64,000 nt of DNA, taken from the IMG/VR virus record IMGVR_UViG_3300020685_000002; one strand, 5' to 3'. Both the position numbers and the translations under genes were made by a program. Positions within the stretch are counted from its first letter, which is position 1. Each line of letters opens with the position of its first letter. Of the stretch, positions 38,382 to 48,982 are shown piece after piece. Under the pieces are notes generated by a model. That model worked only from the letters and a program-made list of their open reading frames with translations, was not told the DNA's origin and did not search any database. This DNA comes from a virus. Its lineage: Duplodnaviria > Heunggongvirae > Uroviricota > Caudoviricetes.

Positions 38382-39389
38382 ATGAAGAAAGCGTTAATAT
38401 TTGGTGTAACTGGTCAAGATGGGAGTTATCTTTCTGAAATTCTTTTAGAAAAAGGTTATGAGGTTCATGGTGTAAAACGAAGAAGTTCTTCATATAATAC
38501 ATCACGAATCGATCATATCTATGAAAACAAAAACTTTAAATTACATTATGGTGATGTTACTGATTCGCTTAATGTGACAAGTCTTATTCAAGCAATTCAG
38601 CCTGATGAGATCTATAATTTGTCCGCTCAATCTCATGTAAAAGTTTCTTTTGAAATTCCAGAATATACTGCGAATGTTGATGCTGTAGGTACTCTTAGAG
38701 TTCTTGAATCTATTCGTTTACTTGGTATGGAAAATCGAGTTAAATTTTATCAAGCATCAACTTCTGAATTGTATGGTTTAGTGCAAGAAATTCCACAAAA
38801 AGAAACAACTCCATTTTATCCAAGAAGTCCATATGGCGTTGCTAAACTCTATGGATTTTGGATTGTAAAAAATTATAGAGAATCATATAATATATTTGCG
38901 TGTAATGGTATTTTATTTAATCACGAATCTGAGAGAAGAGGTGAAACTTTTGTCACTCAGAAAATTGTAATGGGATTAAATGATATTTCTCAAGGCAAAT
39001 CAGACATATTGACGCTTGGTAATTTAAATGCATTAAGAGATTGGGGTCATGCTAAAGATTATTGTTATGCCATGCATTTAATGCTCCAACAAGATACTCC
39101 AGATGATTATGTCGTTGCTACTGGCGAACAATATTCCGTTAGACAATTTGTAGAAGCTTGCGCCCCGCATTTTAATATGAACATTGAATGGCAAGGTGAA
39201 GGCTTGGATGAAACTGGAATTGATGTTAATACTGGAAAAACTATAATTGCAGTTGATCCTAAGTATTTTAGACCAGCAGAAGTTGCAACATTATTAGGTG
39301 ATTCTACAAAAGCTAGAACTGTATTAGGATGGAAACCAGAATATAGTTTTATTGATTTGGTTGAAGAAATGTGTTTAGGGGTTCAATAG
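38382..39389 (+). CDS. gmd: GDP-mannose 4,6-dehydratase.
   Basis: [15 protein letters not shown]..., [21 protein letters not shown] and NHESERRG are hallmark Gmd motifs. Confidence 0.85.
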   Translation: MKKALIFGVTGQDGSYLSEILLEKGYEVHGVKRRSSSYNTSRIDHIYENKNFKLHYGDVTDSLNVTSLIQAIQPDEIYNLSAQSHVKVSFEIPEYTANVDAVGTLRVLESIRLLGMENRVKFYQASTSELYGLVQEIPQKETTPFYPRSPYGVAKLYGFWIVKNYRESYNIFACNGILFNHESERRGETFVTQKIVMGLNDISQGKSDILTLGNLNALRDWGHAKDYCYAMHLMLQQDTPDDYVVATGEQYSVRQFVEACAPHFNMNIEWQGEGLDETGIDVNTGKTIIAVDPKYFRPAEVATLLGDSTKARTVLGWKPEYSFIDLVEEMCLGVQ

Positions 39390-40148
39390 GTGAGCATAGT
39401 TTTACGTGAAGAATCTGGTCGTGGATTTTTGTCAAATTATATTACAATTTTAAATTCGTATAAAAAGTTTGTTGGTAAAGAAGGAATATCTTATAAAGAT
39501 ATACACATTTCAACAGAACATTTTAAATTGTATGGTGGAAATCCTAGAGAATGGTTTGATGTTTATAATTTTTCTGATGGCGACGAAAACTCGGAATTCT
39601 GGAGTACTGGAGAGTTAAATGAAATTGAAGAATATCCAAATGTTGAATCCTTAAATTTATTAAGTTATTCAAAGTTTATACCATATAATACAAGACTTAA
39701 AACATTTCTTAATAAAAATATAAAATCATTAAATAAATGTTTAGGTGTTCATTATAGAGGGACTGATCATTTTAATGCTGTTATTAAACCTGATATTATG
39801 TTTCTTAATGTAGAAGAACAGTTAAAAACAGGTAAATATGAGCAAATTTTTATTTGTAGCGAACAACAAAACTTTATTGATCTTATAGCAGGTTTTGTTC
39901 AAATTAATTTTAATGACGTTGATATAATTGTTAATGATGTTGAACGATGTGATTCAACTCCTGTATTTTATTTAGATACCAATAAGATATCATTAGGCGA
40001 TCAAGTTTTATTGGATGCTCATATGTTATCAGCTTGTGATTTTGTATTGGGTAAATCATCAAACATTGTTAGTTATGCACGGATTCTAAATTTAAGTTTG
40101 AATGGTTTTTATTTAGATACTCAAAAATATTTTTTAATTGGTAATTAA
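39390..40148 (+). CDS. Hypothetical protein with a fucosyltransferase-like HxRxxD motif (GTG start).
   Basis: An HYRGTDH motif and a C-terminal SSN..SYA region are reminiscent of GT11/GT23/GT65 motif sets. This is a weak call. Confidence 0.3.
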   Translation: MSIVLREESGRGFLSNYITILNSYKKFVGKEGISYKDIHISTEHFKLYGGNPREWFDVYNFSDGDENSEFWSTGELNEIEEYPNVESLNLLSYSKFIPYNTRLKTFLNKNIKSLNKCLGVHYRGTDHFNAVIKPDIMFLNVEEQLKTGKYEQIFICSEQQNFIDLIAGFVQINFNDVDIIVNDVERCDSTPVFYLDTNKISLGDQVLLDAHMLSACDFVLGKSSNIVSYARILNLSLNGFYLDTQKYFLIGN

Positions 40149-40150
40149 TT

Positions 40151-41083
40151 ATGGAAAAGAATTCAAAAATTTATGTTGCTGGCCATAATGGCTTAGTTGG
40201 TTCGGCAATTGTTAGAAAATTAAAAGAATTAGGATATACTAATCTTGTTTTAAAAACAAGAAAAGAATTAGATCTTAGGAATCAATATGCTGTTGACAGG
40301 TTTTTTGATATTGAGCGACCTGAATATGTTTTTGTTGCTGCAGCAAAAGTTGGTGGAATTAATTACAATAAAATGTATCCTGCAGAATTTATTACTGAAA
40401 ATTTACAAATTCAAACAAATATAATCAAAAGTGCTTTTGATTATAGAATAAAAAAGATTTGTCAATTGGGTACTGCTTGCATTTATCCTAAAATAACAGA
40501 ACAACCAATAAAAGAAGAATACTTAATGACAGGTCCATTAGAACATACTAATGAAGCTTATGCATTAGCTAAAATTTCTGGTTTGATGATGTGTAAAAAA
40601 TATTATGAACAATATGGATTTAAAAGTATTAATGTGATGCCAACAAATCTTTATGGTATAAATGATAGATTTGATGTGAATCATGGTCATGTTATTCCTG
40701 GATTAATTAATAAATTTTTAGAAGCTAAAGAAAGCAATTCTAGTAGTGTAGAATGTTGGGGAACTGGTACTCCTACAAGAGAATTTTTATTTTCTGATGA
40801 TTTAGCTGATGCATTGATTTTTCTGATGAATACTCAAGAATATGTTGATTTGATTAATATTGGTATTGATAATGAAATTACTATTAAAGAATTGGCAGAA
40901 AAGATTAAAGATTTGGTTGGATATGAAGGTGAAATAATTTGGAATTCTGATAAACCGGATGGAACTCCAAGAAGAAAGATGTGTAATGCTAAATTGAAAG
41001 AACTTGGTTGGAAACCAAAATATACTTTAGAAGAAGGATTAAAAATAACATTAGATTGGTATTTGGAAAACATTAGGTCATAA
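40151..41083 (+). CDS. GDP-L-fucose synthase (Fcl/WcaG) or GDP-colitose synthase ColC-like 3,5-epimerase/4-reductase.
   Basis: IYVAGHNGLVGSAI, VFVAAAKVGGI, YALAKISG (YxxxK) and PTNLYG motifs. Confidence 0.75.
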   Translation: MEKNSKIYVAGHNGLVGSAIVRKLKELGYTNLVLKTRKELDLRNQYAVDRFFDIERPEYVFVAAAKVGGINYNKMYPAEFITENLQIQTNIIKSAFDYRIKKICQLGTACIYPKITEQPIKEEYLMTGPLEHTNEAYALAKISGLMMCKKYYEQYGFKSINVMPTNLYGINDRFDVNHGHVIPGLINKFLEAKESNSSSVECWGTGTPTREFLFSDDLADALIFLMNTQEYVDLINIGIDNEITIKELAEKIKDLVGYEGEIIWNSDKPDGTPRRKMCNAKLKELGWKPKYTLEEGLKITLDWYLENIRS

Positions 41084-41085
41084 TA

Positions 41086-42264
41086 ATGAAAAAATTGAAA
41101 TTGAAATGTGGTTGGAAATTGATGAATAATTCTATCACAATAAAAGATAGAATTAATTTGGCTAAATTTGTTTTATTTTCTGATAGATTCACTATGGCAG
41201 ATAAAGTAAACCAAGTAGAGAAAGAATGGGCTGAATGGGTTGGCGCTAAACATTCTTTATTTGTTTCTTCTGGAAGTACTGCAAATTTTTTATTATTAGC
41301 TGCGATTAAAGAAAAATTTAATTTAAAACAAAAAGATAAAGTTTTAGTTTCTTCTTGTACTTGGATGACAAATGTTTCTCCAGTAATGCAATTAGGTTTT
41401 ACTCCTATCTTTTGTGATGTTTCTTTTGATAATTTCAGTTTTGATGAATCTGAATTAGCATATATTTCAGAAAAACATCCTGACATTAAAGTTGTTTTTA
41501 CAACACACCTTTTGGGATTTAATTCAGATACTAAAATATTAGAATCATATTTTCCAAATGCTATCATATTAGAAGATGCGTGTGAAGCAATGGGCGCAAA
41601 AGCTAATGATGGAACTTATCTTGGTGCAAATTCTTTAGGGTGTACATTCAGTTCATATTTTGGTCATACTATTTCTTCAATTGAAGGTGGTTTTGTTACT
41701 ACAAATGATACAGAATTATATGATTTGATGAAAATGAAAAGAAGTCATGGTTTAGCGAGAGAATCAATATTTTTTGATGATTATGCTGCCAAATATCCTT
41801 ATATTGATAAACAGTTTTTATTTATTACTGATGGTTATAATTTCAGAAACCACGAAATATGTGCAATTTTAGCTTCTTCTCAGATTAAAAGATTAAAATC
41901 CTTTGTTGATATTAGAAGTAAAAATCATAAATTGTTTTCTGAGATGACTGAAAAATATTTAGATAAAATTCAACAGATTAAATTTTATGAAACTAGTGCG
42001 AGTTTTTGTTTTCCTATTATATGTAAGGATGCAGAATCGTTATCTAAATTAAAAACGTTGTTGGTAGAATATGATATTGAATATAGACCAATTTTATCTG
42101 GAAATTTATTAAAACATCCATTTCTAAAAGATTATATATTGACAACGAATCGTTTAGTCGCTAATGTTGATGTATTACACACTAATGGATTATATATAGG
42201 AAATAATCAATTTGTATCTGAAAAACATTTAAAGTTATTGGATAAAGTTTTAAGTTTATTATAA
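41086..42264 (+). CDS. DegT-family PMP-dependent dehydratase, ColD-like (GDP-4-keto-6-deoxymannose 3-dehydratase).
   Basis: A DegT fold is present. His replaces the PLP-Lys in SYFGHTISSIEGG, which is the ColD hallmark. Confidence 0.55.
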   Translation: MKKLKLKCGWKLMNNSITIKDRINLAKFVLFSDRFTMADKVNQVEKEWAEWVGAKHSLFVSSGSTANFLLLAAIKEKFNLKQKDKVLVSSCTWMTNVSPVMQLGFTPIFCDVSFDNFSFDESELAYISEKHPDIKVVFTTHLLGFNSDTKILESYFPNAIILEDACEAMGAKANDGTYLGANSLGCTFSSYFGHTISSIEGGFVTTNDTELYDLMKMKRSHGLARESIFFDDYAAKYPYIDKQFLFITDGYNFRNHEICAILASSQIKRLKSFVDIRSKNHKLFSEMTEKYLDKIQQIKFYETSASFCFPIICKDAESLSKLKTLLVEYDIEYRPILSGNLLKHPFLKDYILTTNRLVANVDVLHTNGLYIGNNQFVSEKHLKLLDKVLSLL

Positions 42265-42271
42265 GGGTTTT

Positions 42272-43117
42272 ATGAATTCAATTAGAGAAAAGGTAAAAGA
42301 ACTTAGTGTTGTTTTTGTAGGTCCAACAAGAGATAGTTCTGGAAATCTTACAAAAATATTTGAGAATATTGAAAGAATTGGTGGACTATTTAAATCTTTT
42401 TCTTGTGTATTTGTGGAAAGTGATTCTTCTGATAATACTTTAGAAATTCTTAAAAATTATAAAAGTGGTCGCGATAATATTCATATACTTTCTTTAGGGA
42501 AATTAGAAGATAGAATTAATTCTAGAACATGTAGGATTGCTACAGCAAGAAATGTTGGGATTGAATATTGTGAACAAAATAATATCTTAGATACTCATGA
42601 TTATTATATTCATATGTGTGTTGATGATGTTAATAGTGAAAAGATTGAAGAAGAAGATTTCTTAAGTTGCTTTAAATACGACATATCTTCTTGGGAAGGT
42701 ATGACAGCAAATCAGTTAAATTATTATGATATTTGGTGTTTACGAGCAAAAGGTTGGGTTGAAAATGATTGTTGGTATGCAATTCATAATAGACCTTCTT
42801 ATATGTCTTATGATGAAGCATTTATAATGTATGTAGGATCTAAATTTATACAAATTCCAAAAAATTACGGTTTAATTGAAGTTGATGCTGCTCATGGCGG
42901 TTTTGGAATCTACAAAAGTTCTTTTGCTAAAGGTTCTCGGTATAGAGGTTCTTCTGAAGCTGGTAATGCAGAAGAATGTGATTTAGTAAATTTCTGTAGT
43001 GATGTTAAGAAGAAAGGTGGAAGAATATTTATAAACTCAGAATTGATGAATATGAATAATGTAAATAATAGACATGATACCACAGTTCAAAGTTTACGAT
43101 CTTTAGGTAAATTGTAA
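42272..43117 (+). CDS. Hypothetical protein (glycan island).
   Basis: 281 aa ORF with no clear motif. Confidence 0.35.
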   Translation: MNSIREKVKELSVVFVGPTRDSSGNLTKIFENIERIGGLFKSFSCVFVESDSSDNTLEILKNYKSGRDNIHILSLGKLEDRINSRTCRIATARNVGIEYCEQNNILDTHDYYIHMCVDDVNSEKIEEEDFLSCFKYDISSWEGMTANQLNYYDIWCLRAKGWVENDCWYAIHNRPSYMSYDEAFIMYVGSKFIQIPKNYGLIEVDAAHGGFGIYKSSFAKGSRYRGSSEAGNAEECDLVNFCSDVKKKGGRIFINSELMNMNNVNNRHDTTVQSLRSLGKL

Positions 43118-43902
43118 TGGGAAATATTACTAATACAAATATTCATGGGTCGTGTCTATTAGGGTCTCAAATGTTTGAGTATTCTTATTTAATTGCTGTT
43201 TCTTTAGAAAATCCTGGAGTTGTTCCAGGATTTTATTTAAAAAATCTTCCTGGAATGTTTGGTTTGTTAATAAATTTTCCATTTATACATAAACCTAAAA
43301 TTTTTGAAGGAGAATGTGATTATTCTGGTATAAACTACAATCCTTCTGATGTTTTAGCTTTTGATCGTAATTATGATATACATTTCAATTTCGATTATAG
43401 CATTTTTCATAAACATAAAGAATATTTGTTAAATTTATATACATTTTTGCCAGAAATATATTCTAATTGTAATACATGGATAAAAGATAATTCTTCACCA
43501 GACGAATTGTTAGTTTCAATCCATTTTAGAAGAGGCGATTATTTATCGATTTCTTCATTAAACCTTTCTTTAGAATATTTTTATGGAGCAGTTGAAACAA
43601 TTAAAAATAAACTTCCAAATTCAACATTAAAATTTGTGTGTTTTTCTAATGATATTACATGGGTGAAAGAGAAATTTGTTGGTATAGATAATATGATATT
43701 TGTTGAATCGTTATCTGATCCTGAACAAATGTGTTTAATGTCTTTATGTGACCATAATATCATTGCAAATAGTAGTTATAGTTGGTGGGGTGCATATTTA
43801 AATAAGACACCTGAAACAATAACTATTTGTCCATCAAGTTATGGTAGTGCAGATGTAATAAGTTATTATCCTGATGAATGGATAAGAATGAACGTGCTTT
43901 AA
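43117..43902 (+). CDS. Alpha-1,2-fucosyltransferase-like (GT11 family).
   Basis: GT11 motifs HFRRGDY (HxRRGD) and SSYSWWGAYL. Confidence 0.65.
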   Translation: MGNITNTNIHGSCLLGSQMFEYSYLIAVSLENPGVVPGFYLKNLPGMFGLLINFPFIHKPKIFEGECDYSGINYNPSDVLAFDRNYDIHFNFDYSIFHKHKEYLLNLYTFLPEIYSNCNTWIKDNSSPDELLVSIHFRRGDYLSISSLNLSLEYFYGAVETIKNKLPNSTLKFVCFSNDITWVKEKFVGIDNMIFVESLSDPEQMCLMSLCDHNIIANSSYSWWGAYLNKTPETITICPSSYGSADVISYYPDEWIRMNVL

Positions 43903-43913
43903 TTGAGATTAAT

Positions 43914-44918
43914 ATGATAATAGAATCTGATGTAAATAATATAATAAAATCTATAGATTTTGAAAAACTAAGGAATAAATCTATCTTAATCACAGGATCT
44001 TCTGGGTTATTAGGAATTTATTTTGTTTCTTGTTTAAAAACAATACAGAAAGAATATAATATTGATGCTTATTTTTGGATAAAAAGTGATATTGATTCAA
44101 ATTTTAAATCCTTTTTTGATTTTGATTGTCATATAATTAAGGAAGATATTAGCGATCTAAAAGCATTCGATTCATTACCTATGTTTGATTTTATTATTCA
44201 TTCATCAGGTTATGGTCAGCCAGATAAATTCTTAGAAGATCAGATAAAAACCATCCAAATAAACACCACAGCTACAATTAATTTATTTGAAAAATTAAAT
44301 CCAAATGGAACATTTTTATTTTTAAGTTCTAGTGAAGTTTATAATGGTTTAGATAAGTTTTCTGTGTCAGAAGATGAGATCGGGGTATCAAATACAACTA
44401 ACCCTAGAGCGTGTTATATTGAATCAAAGCGTTGTGGTGAAGCTATTTGTCATATTCAAAAAAATATGGGTAAAGATGTAAAAATTGCTAGATTGAGTTT
44501 AACATATGGTCCAGGAACAAAACCGTTTGATACTAGGGTTGTTAGTTCTTTGATTCAAAAATCTATATTAAATGATTCTATAGAATTGAGAGATAGGGGC
44601 GAAGCTATTAGAACTTATTGTTATATTTCTGATGTAATAGAAATGATGTGGAATATTATTTTGCATGGAAAAGAAGTGACTTATAATGTTGGTGGAAATA
44701 CTACATTTAGTATATTTGAAATGGCAAATATTATCTCTACTAAAACGAATAAACCAATACTTTTGCCAGAAACATCAAAAACGTTAACTGGCAGCCCTAA
44801 AGTTGTTAATATTAATATTGATAAGTATATATCCGAATTTAACAAAACTTCATTCATTGCTCTTGATGAAGGTTTAAATAATACAATTCTTTGGCAACAA
44901 CATATATACAAAATTTAA
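43914..44918 (+). CDS. NAD-dependent epimerase/dehydratase (SDR). The track ORF begins at 43878, but the ATG at 43914 is the likely start.
   Basis: ILITGSSGLLG Rossmann motif, SSSEVYNG and catalytic YIESKRCGE (YxxxK). Confidence 0.55.
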   Translation: MIIESDVNNIIKSIDFEKLRNKSILITGSSGLLGIYFVSCLKTIQKEYNIDAYFWIKSDIDSNFKSFFDFDCHIIKEDISDLKAFDSLPMFDFIIHSSGYGQPDKFLEDQIKTIQINTTATINLFEKLNPNGTFLFLSSSEVYNGLDKFSVSEDEIGVSNTTNPRACYIESKRCGEAICHIQKNMGKDVKIARLSLTYGPGTKPFDTRVVSSLIQKSILNDSIELRDRGEAIRTYCYISDVIEMMWNIILHGKEVTYNVGGNTTFSIFEMANIISTKTNKPILLPETSKTLTGSPKVVNINIDKYISEFNKTSFIALDEGLNNTILWQQHIYKI

Positions 44919-44998
44919 CATCAGAAAATGTGATAATATTTGAAGTTCAACATGGTGATAAGTGTATTGAAGAAGATATTATTAGAATTTAATTGATT

Positions 44999-45006
44999 TA
45001 TAAATA
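44999..45006 (+). promoter_or_regulatory. Late promoter box TATAAATA.
   Basis: GATTTATAAATACTT lies about 30 nt upstream of the ATG at 45036. Confidence 0.45.
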
Positions 45007-45035
45007 CTTAAATAACTTTTAAATTTTGGGTACTT

Positions 45036-45968
45036 ATGAAATCTTTTAGACAATTTATCGTAGAATCTGTTAGACAAGGTTTACCACACATTTCTACAAT
45101 GACACATGAACAATTCGGTAATCTTACAAAAGGTGGAAAAGTTCATATTAATCATGTAACAGAAAAAACTGATGGTCAAACAATGGTTTTTGGGCATGAT
45201 GAACATGGTTTTTATACTCAATCTTCTGGTTCTGGAAATGAAAAAATGCGAGCTCCGGAACATTATGCTGAAAGAGCAAAACGTAGAGCAGAAGAAACAG
45301 GAAAACCATTTGATCCAACTTCGTCAAACGCATTTGGTGATATCCATAAGCACCTCCAAAATAATAAAGCCCTCCAAGAACACCTAAAATCAACATATAA
45401 AAAAACTGGTAATGAAGTAAAAGTTAGGGGAGAATCTTTTTATAAACCTTGGGGTAGACCTAGCGAAGTTCCTGGAGAAGTAAAATTTGTTGGCACTTCC
45501 TATGACCCTAGTCATATGGGAACGGTTGGTAAATTTGTGATTCATAGTAAATTGCCAGAAAATCAAGGTCATGATTTAGAACATTTTAAAAAGAATTTAT
45601 CTGATAAAAATATAAATTTTGATGATGATATTATAGAGCATAAGTCTGGTCATGTTGATGTTTCTCCAGAAAAGAAAGATTTTGATGATTTAAATCATGA
45701 ATTATTAAAATCAAGAAAAACTAAAAAAAATTCAGAAGATAAAGAAGTTGAGACTGCTAAATTTAATGCAATAAAACAAAAAGTTTCTGATAAAGTTGAT
45801 TCTCACATCAAATCTCAAAATATTAAACCGAAATGGGGTACAGGTACTGAAGGTGCTGTAATACACCCTCCAAAAGAAAATCCTGATGCTCCAAGATTTA
45901 AAGTGACAAGTGATGCATTTAGAAAATATAAAAGTTCCGATGAATCTAAAAACTTATTAAAGAGATAA
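45036..45968 (+). CDS. Capsid-targeted (CTS-bearing) internal protein, possibly an Rnl1-like RNA ligase.
   Basis: The N-terminus MKSFRQFIVE|S matches the T4 CTS MKTYQEFIAE. Candidate ligase motifs are KTDG (motif I), VKFVGTS (motif III), EGAVIHP (motif IV) and RFKVTSDAF, which resembles the T4 Rnl1 motif V HFKIKSDWY. Confidence 0.5.
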   Translation: MKSFRQFIVESVRQGLPHISTMTHEQFGNLTKGGKVHINHVTEKTDGQTMVFGHDEHGFYTQSSGSGNEKMRAPEHYAERAKRRAEETGKPFDPTSSNAFGDIHKHLQNNKALQEHLKSTYKKTGNEVKVRGESFYKPWGRPSEVPGEVKFVGTSYDPSHMGTVGKFVIHSKLPENQGHDLEHFKKNLSDKNINFDDDIIEHKSGHVDVSPEKKDFDDLNHELLKSRKTKKNSEDKEVETAKFNAIKQKVSDKVDSHIKSQNIKPKWGTGTEGAVIHPPKENPDAPRFKVTSDAFRKYKSSDESKNLLKR

Positions 45969-45972
45969 TTAA

Positions 45973-47448
45973 ATGCTAAATTTTAAACAATTTTTACAAG
46001 TTTTAACAGAAGGCGGGAACATTAAGATTGGAGAATCAGAGGCTAATCCAATTCATATTACACCTGAAAATAGAAAATCTGTTACTTCTGATATTGGTGG
46101 TTTTTTACATGGATTGAGTAATTCTCATAAAATGGTTCATGGTTCTCATTTATTTGGAAATAATTCTTCGGCACTTGATGATGGGTCAGCATTTTCTGGT
46201 TCCACTCATCATTTATTTGATAAAACGATCAGTGATAAAGAATTCGCAAAACATAAACCTGTTGTTGGTGATATTGATGTAAAAGTTCCAAAACAACATC
46301 TTGCTACATTAGAACATCATTTAGTTCCAGGAAAACAAATAGGAAAATATACTGTTGTTGGTGTTAAACATGGAGCTGGTGGACATCATGCTTTAATAAA
46401 ACACGAAAATGGACAAATACATCAAATAGATTTTGAAGGTTCAAATTATGAAAATGATAAACCATCAGATTTTGATAAATTCGCACATAGTTCTAATTGG
46501 AAAGATGTAAAAGAAGGAATTAAAGGCGCACATCATAAGATGCTATTGAATGCGATTGGAACTGATAAACACAAATTTTCAATTCTTTATGGTTTAGGTT
46601 CTAGAGAAGGAACTGACCCAAAATGGGAAAACAATAAAAATAAAATATCTTCTACATTATTTGGAGAAAAAGCTCCAGTTAAAAATTTAGAGTCGTTTCA
46701 TGGATTAGTTAAAAGTATTAAAAATCATATTCCAGAAGAAAAACATCAAGAAATTTATGACAAATTTAAAGATTCTGCAAAATCTTCTAGAGGAATAAAT
46801 TTTTCTTCTGCATTATCTCATATGAGAAAACATCTTAATGTTCATGATAATACTATTCAAGAATCTGTTGAAGAAGTACATCATGCATCAGTAGTGCCAA
46901 TAACTGGGTTTGTTCCAATTTCTCATGAAGGGCATAAATTGGATTTAGGAAATACCCTAAATAGATTACCTGGAAGTAAACATATCGGAATTTCAGGAAA
47001 ATCTGATGCTTATTCTCCAGAAGAAAGAAAGGATGTTCTTGAAAGGCAATGGGGAAAAGGAGTAACGGCACATAATGTTTCCGGTGCTGGGCAAACAATA
47101 AGAGCAGCATATGATTCTTTACCAAAAACAGGAAAAAAAGTATTGCATTTATTGGTGGGTCATGATAGAAAATCCCTTGCCGATGGATTAAAGTCTTCTT
47201 TAGAAGCAGGAAAACTTAAGGAAATGCATGGTTTAGCTTTTGATGAAATACACATTCATCATCCAGAAGATACAAAAAGAAGTCATGGTATGAGTGGAAC
47301 AAAAATGAGAGAAGCTGCAGCAGCAGGTAACATAGAAGAATTCCATAAACATTTAGGTCCAAATTTTACTAGAAAAGAAGCTGAAGAACATATGTCAAGA
47401 TTCCAAACTGGTATTAAAAATGGAACAATTCCTCTAAAAAGAAAATAA
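45973..47448 (+). CDS. CTS-bearing His-rich internal protein.
   Basis: The N-terminus is MLNFKQFLQVLTE|G. The protein carries many His clusters (HGAGGHHALIKHENGQIH). Confidence 0.5.
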   Translation: MLNFKQFLQVLTEGGNIKIGESEANPIHITPENRKSVTSDIGGFLHGLSNSHKMVHGSHLFGNNSSALDDGSAFSGSTHHLFDKTISDKEFAKHKPVVGDIDVKVPKQHLATLEHHLVPGKQIGKYTVVGVKHGAGGHHALIKHENGQIHQIDFEGSNYENDKPSDFDKFAHSSNWKDVKEGIKGAHHKMLLNAIGTDKHKFSILYGLGSREGTDPKWENNKNKISSTLFGEKAPVKNLESFHGLVKSIKNHIPEEKHQEIYDKFKDSAKSSRGINFSSALSHMRKHLNVHDNTIQESVEEVHHASVVPITGFVPISHEGHKLDLGNTLNRLPGSKHIGISGKSDAYSPEERKDVLERQWGKGVTAHNVSGAGQTIRAAYDSLPKTGKKVLHLLVGHDRKSLADGLKSSLEAGKLKEMHGLAFDEIHIHHPEDTKRSHGMSGTKMREAAAAGNIEEFHKHLGPNFTRKEAEEHMSRFQTGIKNGTIPLKRK

Positions 47449-47450
47449 CT

Positions 47451-48356
47451 ATGCAAAAATATCAAGCAATCTTTGTTATTGGTAGTCCAGGTTCTGGTAA
47501 AGATGTTATTATCAGAGATACAATTTCAAATTTCAACATTGTTGAATTTACATCAACACAAATAGATGAGATGTTATCTGATGACTCTGTATTTAAAAGA
47601 GCAAAATACGAAAAAAGAAATTCTCTTTTAGAAAGAAAATCTATTTTAGTAACCGCAAATTCTTTTGACTTGGGATTTATTCTTACAAAATCTGTATTAG
47701 AATCTGTTGGATATACTCCACATTTAATTTTTGTTGAAGCCAATCTTTCTGTTTCTTATGATAGATTACATAATAGAAATAATCTTAAAGAGTCTCTTGA
47801 AAGAATAAGTATTGGAAATAATAATAAATCTTCTATTTTAGAATTATTTGATTCTTTGTTTGTTGTTGACAATTCAGAAAATTTAGATTTAACTGAATCA
47901 AGAGAATTTATTTCAGATATTTTGAGCGAATTATCATTTAAATCGGATCTAACTGTTGAGCGTGTATTAAATGTAAATTTGAGAGATAAATTACAAAAAA
48001 CATCAAAACCAACAATATCAAGACAAGTTCCTGGACCTGCTGCAATAGTTTTACCTATTATTGATAGTTTTGATTCTAAAGAAAAGAAAAAAACAATAAA
48101 AAAATACCCAAAAACACCAAGTTATTTTTTTGATGGTAGTGGAGATCAACAACCAAACATTGCGTTGGGTGAAGCGGAAGATTGGCCTATTGCTTCTCCA
48201 GGATTTGGTGATGCAATGATGGGAGCTCCTGGACAACAATCTTCTGCTCCAGTAACTAATTTGGGTTCTGATCAACAAAAACAAGATATAAAAAAAGTTT
48301 TGAATAAAATTAAAAAAATTCATTTTAAAACTGCAATACCAAAACAAATTGGATAA
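47451..48356 (+). CDS. P-loop kinase, polynucleotide-kinase-like.
   Basis: AIFVIGSPGSGKDV resembles the T4 Pnk kinase motif IILTIGCPGSGKST. There is no CTS. Confidence 0.4.
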   Translation: MQKYQAIFVIGSPGSGKDVIIRDTISNFNIVEFTSTQIDEMLSDDSVFKRAKYEKRNSLLERKSILVTANSFDLGFILTKSVLESVGYTPHLIFVEANLSVSYDRLHNRNNLKESLERISIGNNNKSSILELFDSLFVVDNSENLDLTESREFISDILSELSFKSDLTVERVLNVNLRDKLQKTSKPTISRQVPGPAAIVLPIIDSFDSKEKKKTIKKYPKTPSYFFDGSGDQQPNIALGEAEDWPIASPGFGDAMMGAPGQQSSAPVTNLGSDQQKQDIKKVLNKIKKIHFKTAIPKQIG

Positions 48357-48388
48357 AATATTTTAAATCATTTAAGTAAGGAATTTTA

Positions 48389-48928
48389 ATGAAACTTCAA
48401 GATATACAAAAAATGTTAAGTGAGAGAAAATTAACAAAAGCAGAATCAAAAAAGAAAGAAGAAATTGCTCAAGCAATGGAAAAAGAACATCCTGGGATGG
48501 GTTCGACTCCAGAAGGAATGTCAAAAAAAATGGCAATTGCAACTGCTCAAGCAAAAAAGTGCTGTGAAGAAATAGAAGGCGAATTAGAAACTGAAGAAAC
48601 TTTAGATGAAGTTTCTAATTATGATTTAGTTGTAAACTATTATAGACATTTAGGTTTAGATCCATATAAACTACGTGGCGTAGTTGGCAAACAATTAAGA
48701 ACAAAAATTAAAACTTCTCCAGCATTTCAAGCATGGGCAAGAATTAATTCTAGTTTTGAATATGAAAAGAAATATACTCAAATTATCGAAAAAATAAAAG
48801 AAGCTAAAAAAGAAGCAAAGGGAAAAGTTCAAATTGATTTTTTTGGATATCCTGAATCAACAGCAAATACTTCTAATTCAGATAAAGATATTGCTCAAAC
48901 TGATGATAATTTCATAACCCCAAATTAA
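48389..48928 (+). CDS. Hypothetical Lys/Glu-rich protein.
   Basis: 179 aa ORF with a ribosome-binding site (AAGGAA). Confidence 0.4.
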   Translation: MKLQDIQKMLSERKLTKAESKKKEEIAQAMEKEHPGMGSTPEGMSKKMAIATAQAKKCCEEIEGELETEETLDEVSNYDLVVNYYRHLGLDPYKLRGVVGKQLRTKIKTSPAFQAWARINSSFEYEKKYTQIIEKIKEAKKEAKGKVQIDFFGYPESTANTSNSDKDIAQTDDNFITPN

Positions 48929-48982
48929 AATTTTTAATAAATACTATTATAATTTTTATCATATTAAAAAAGGAATAAAACT

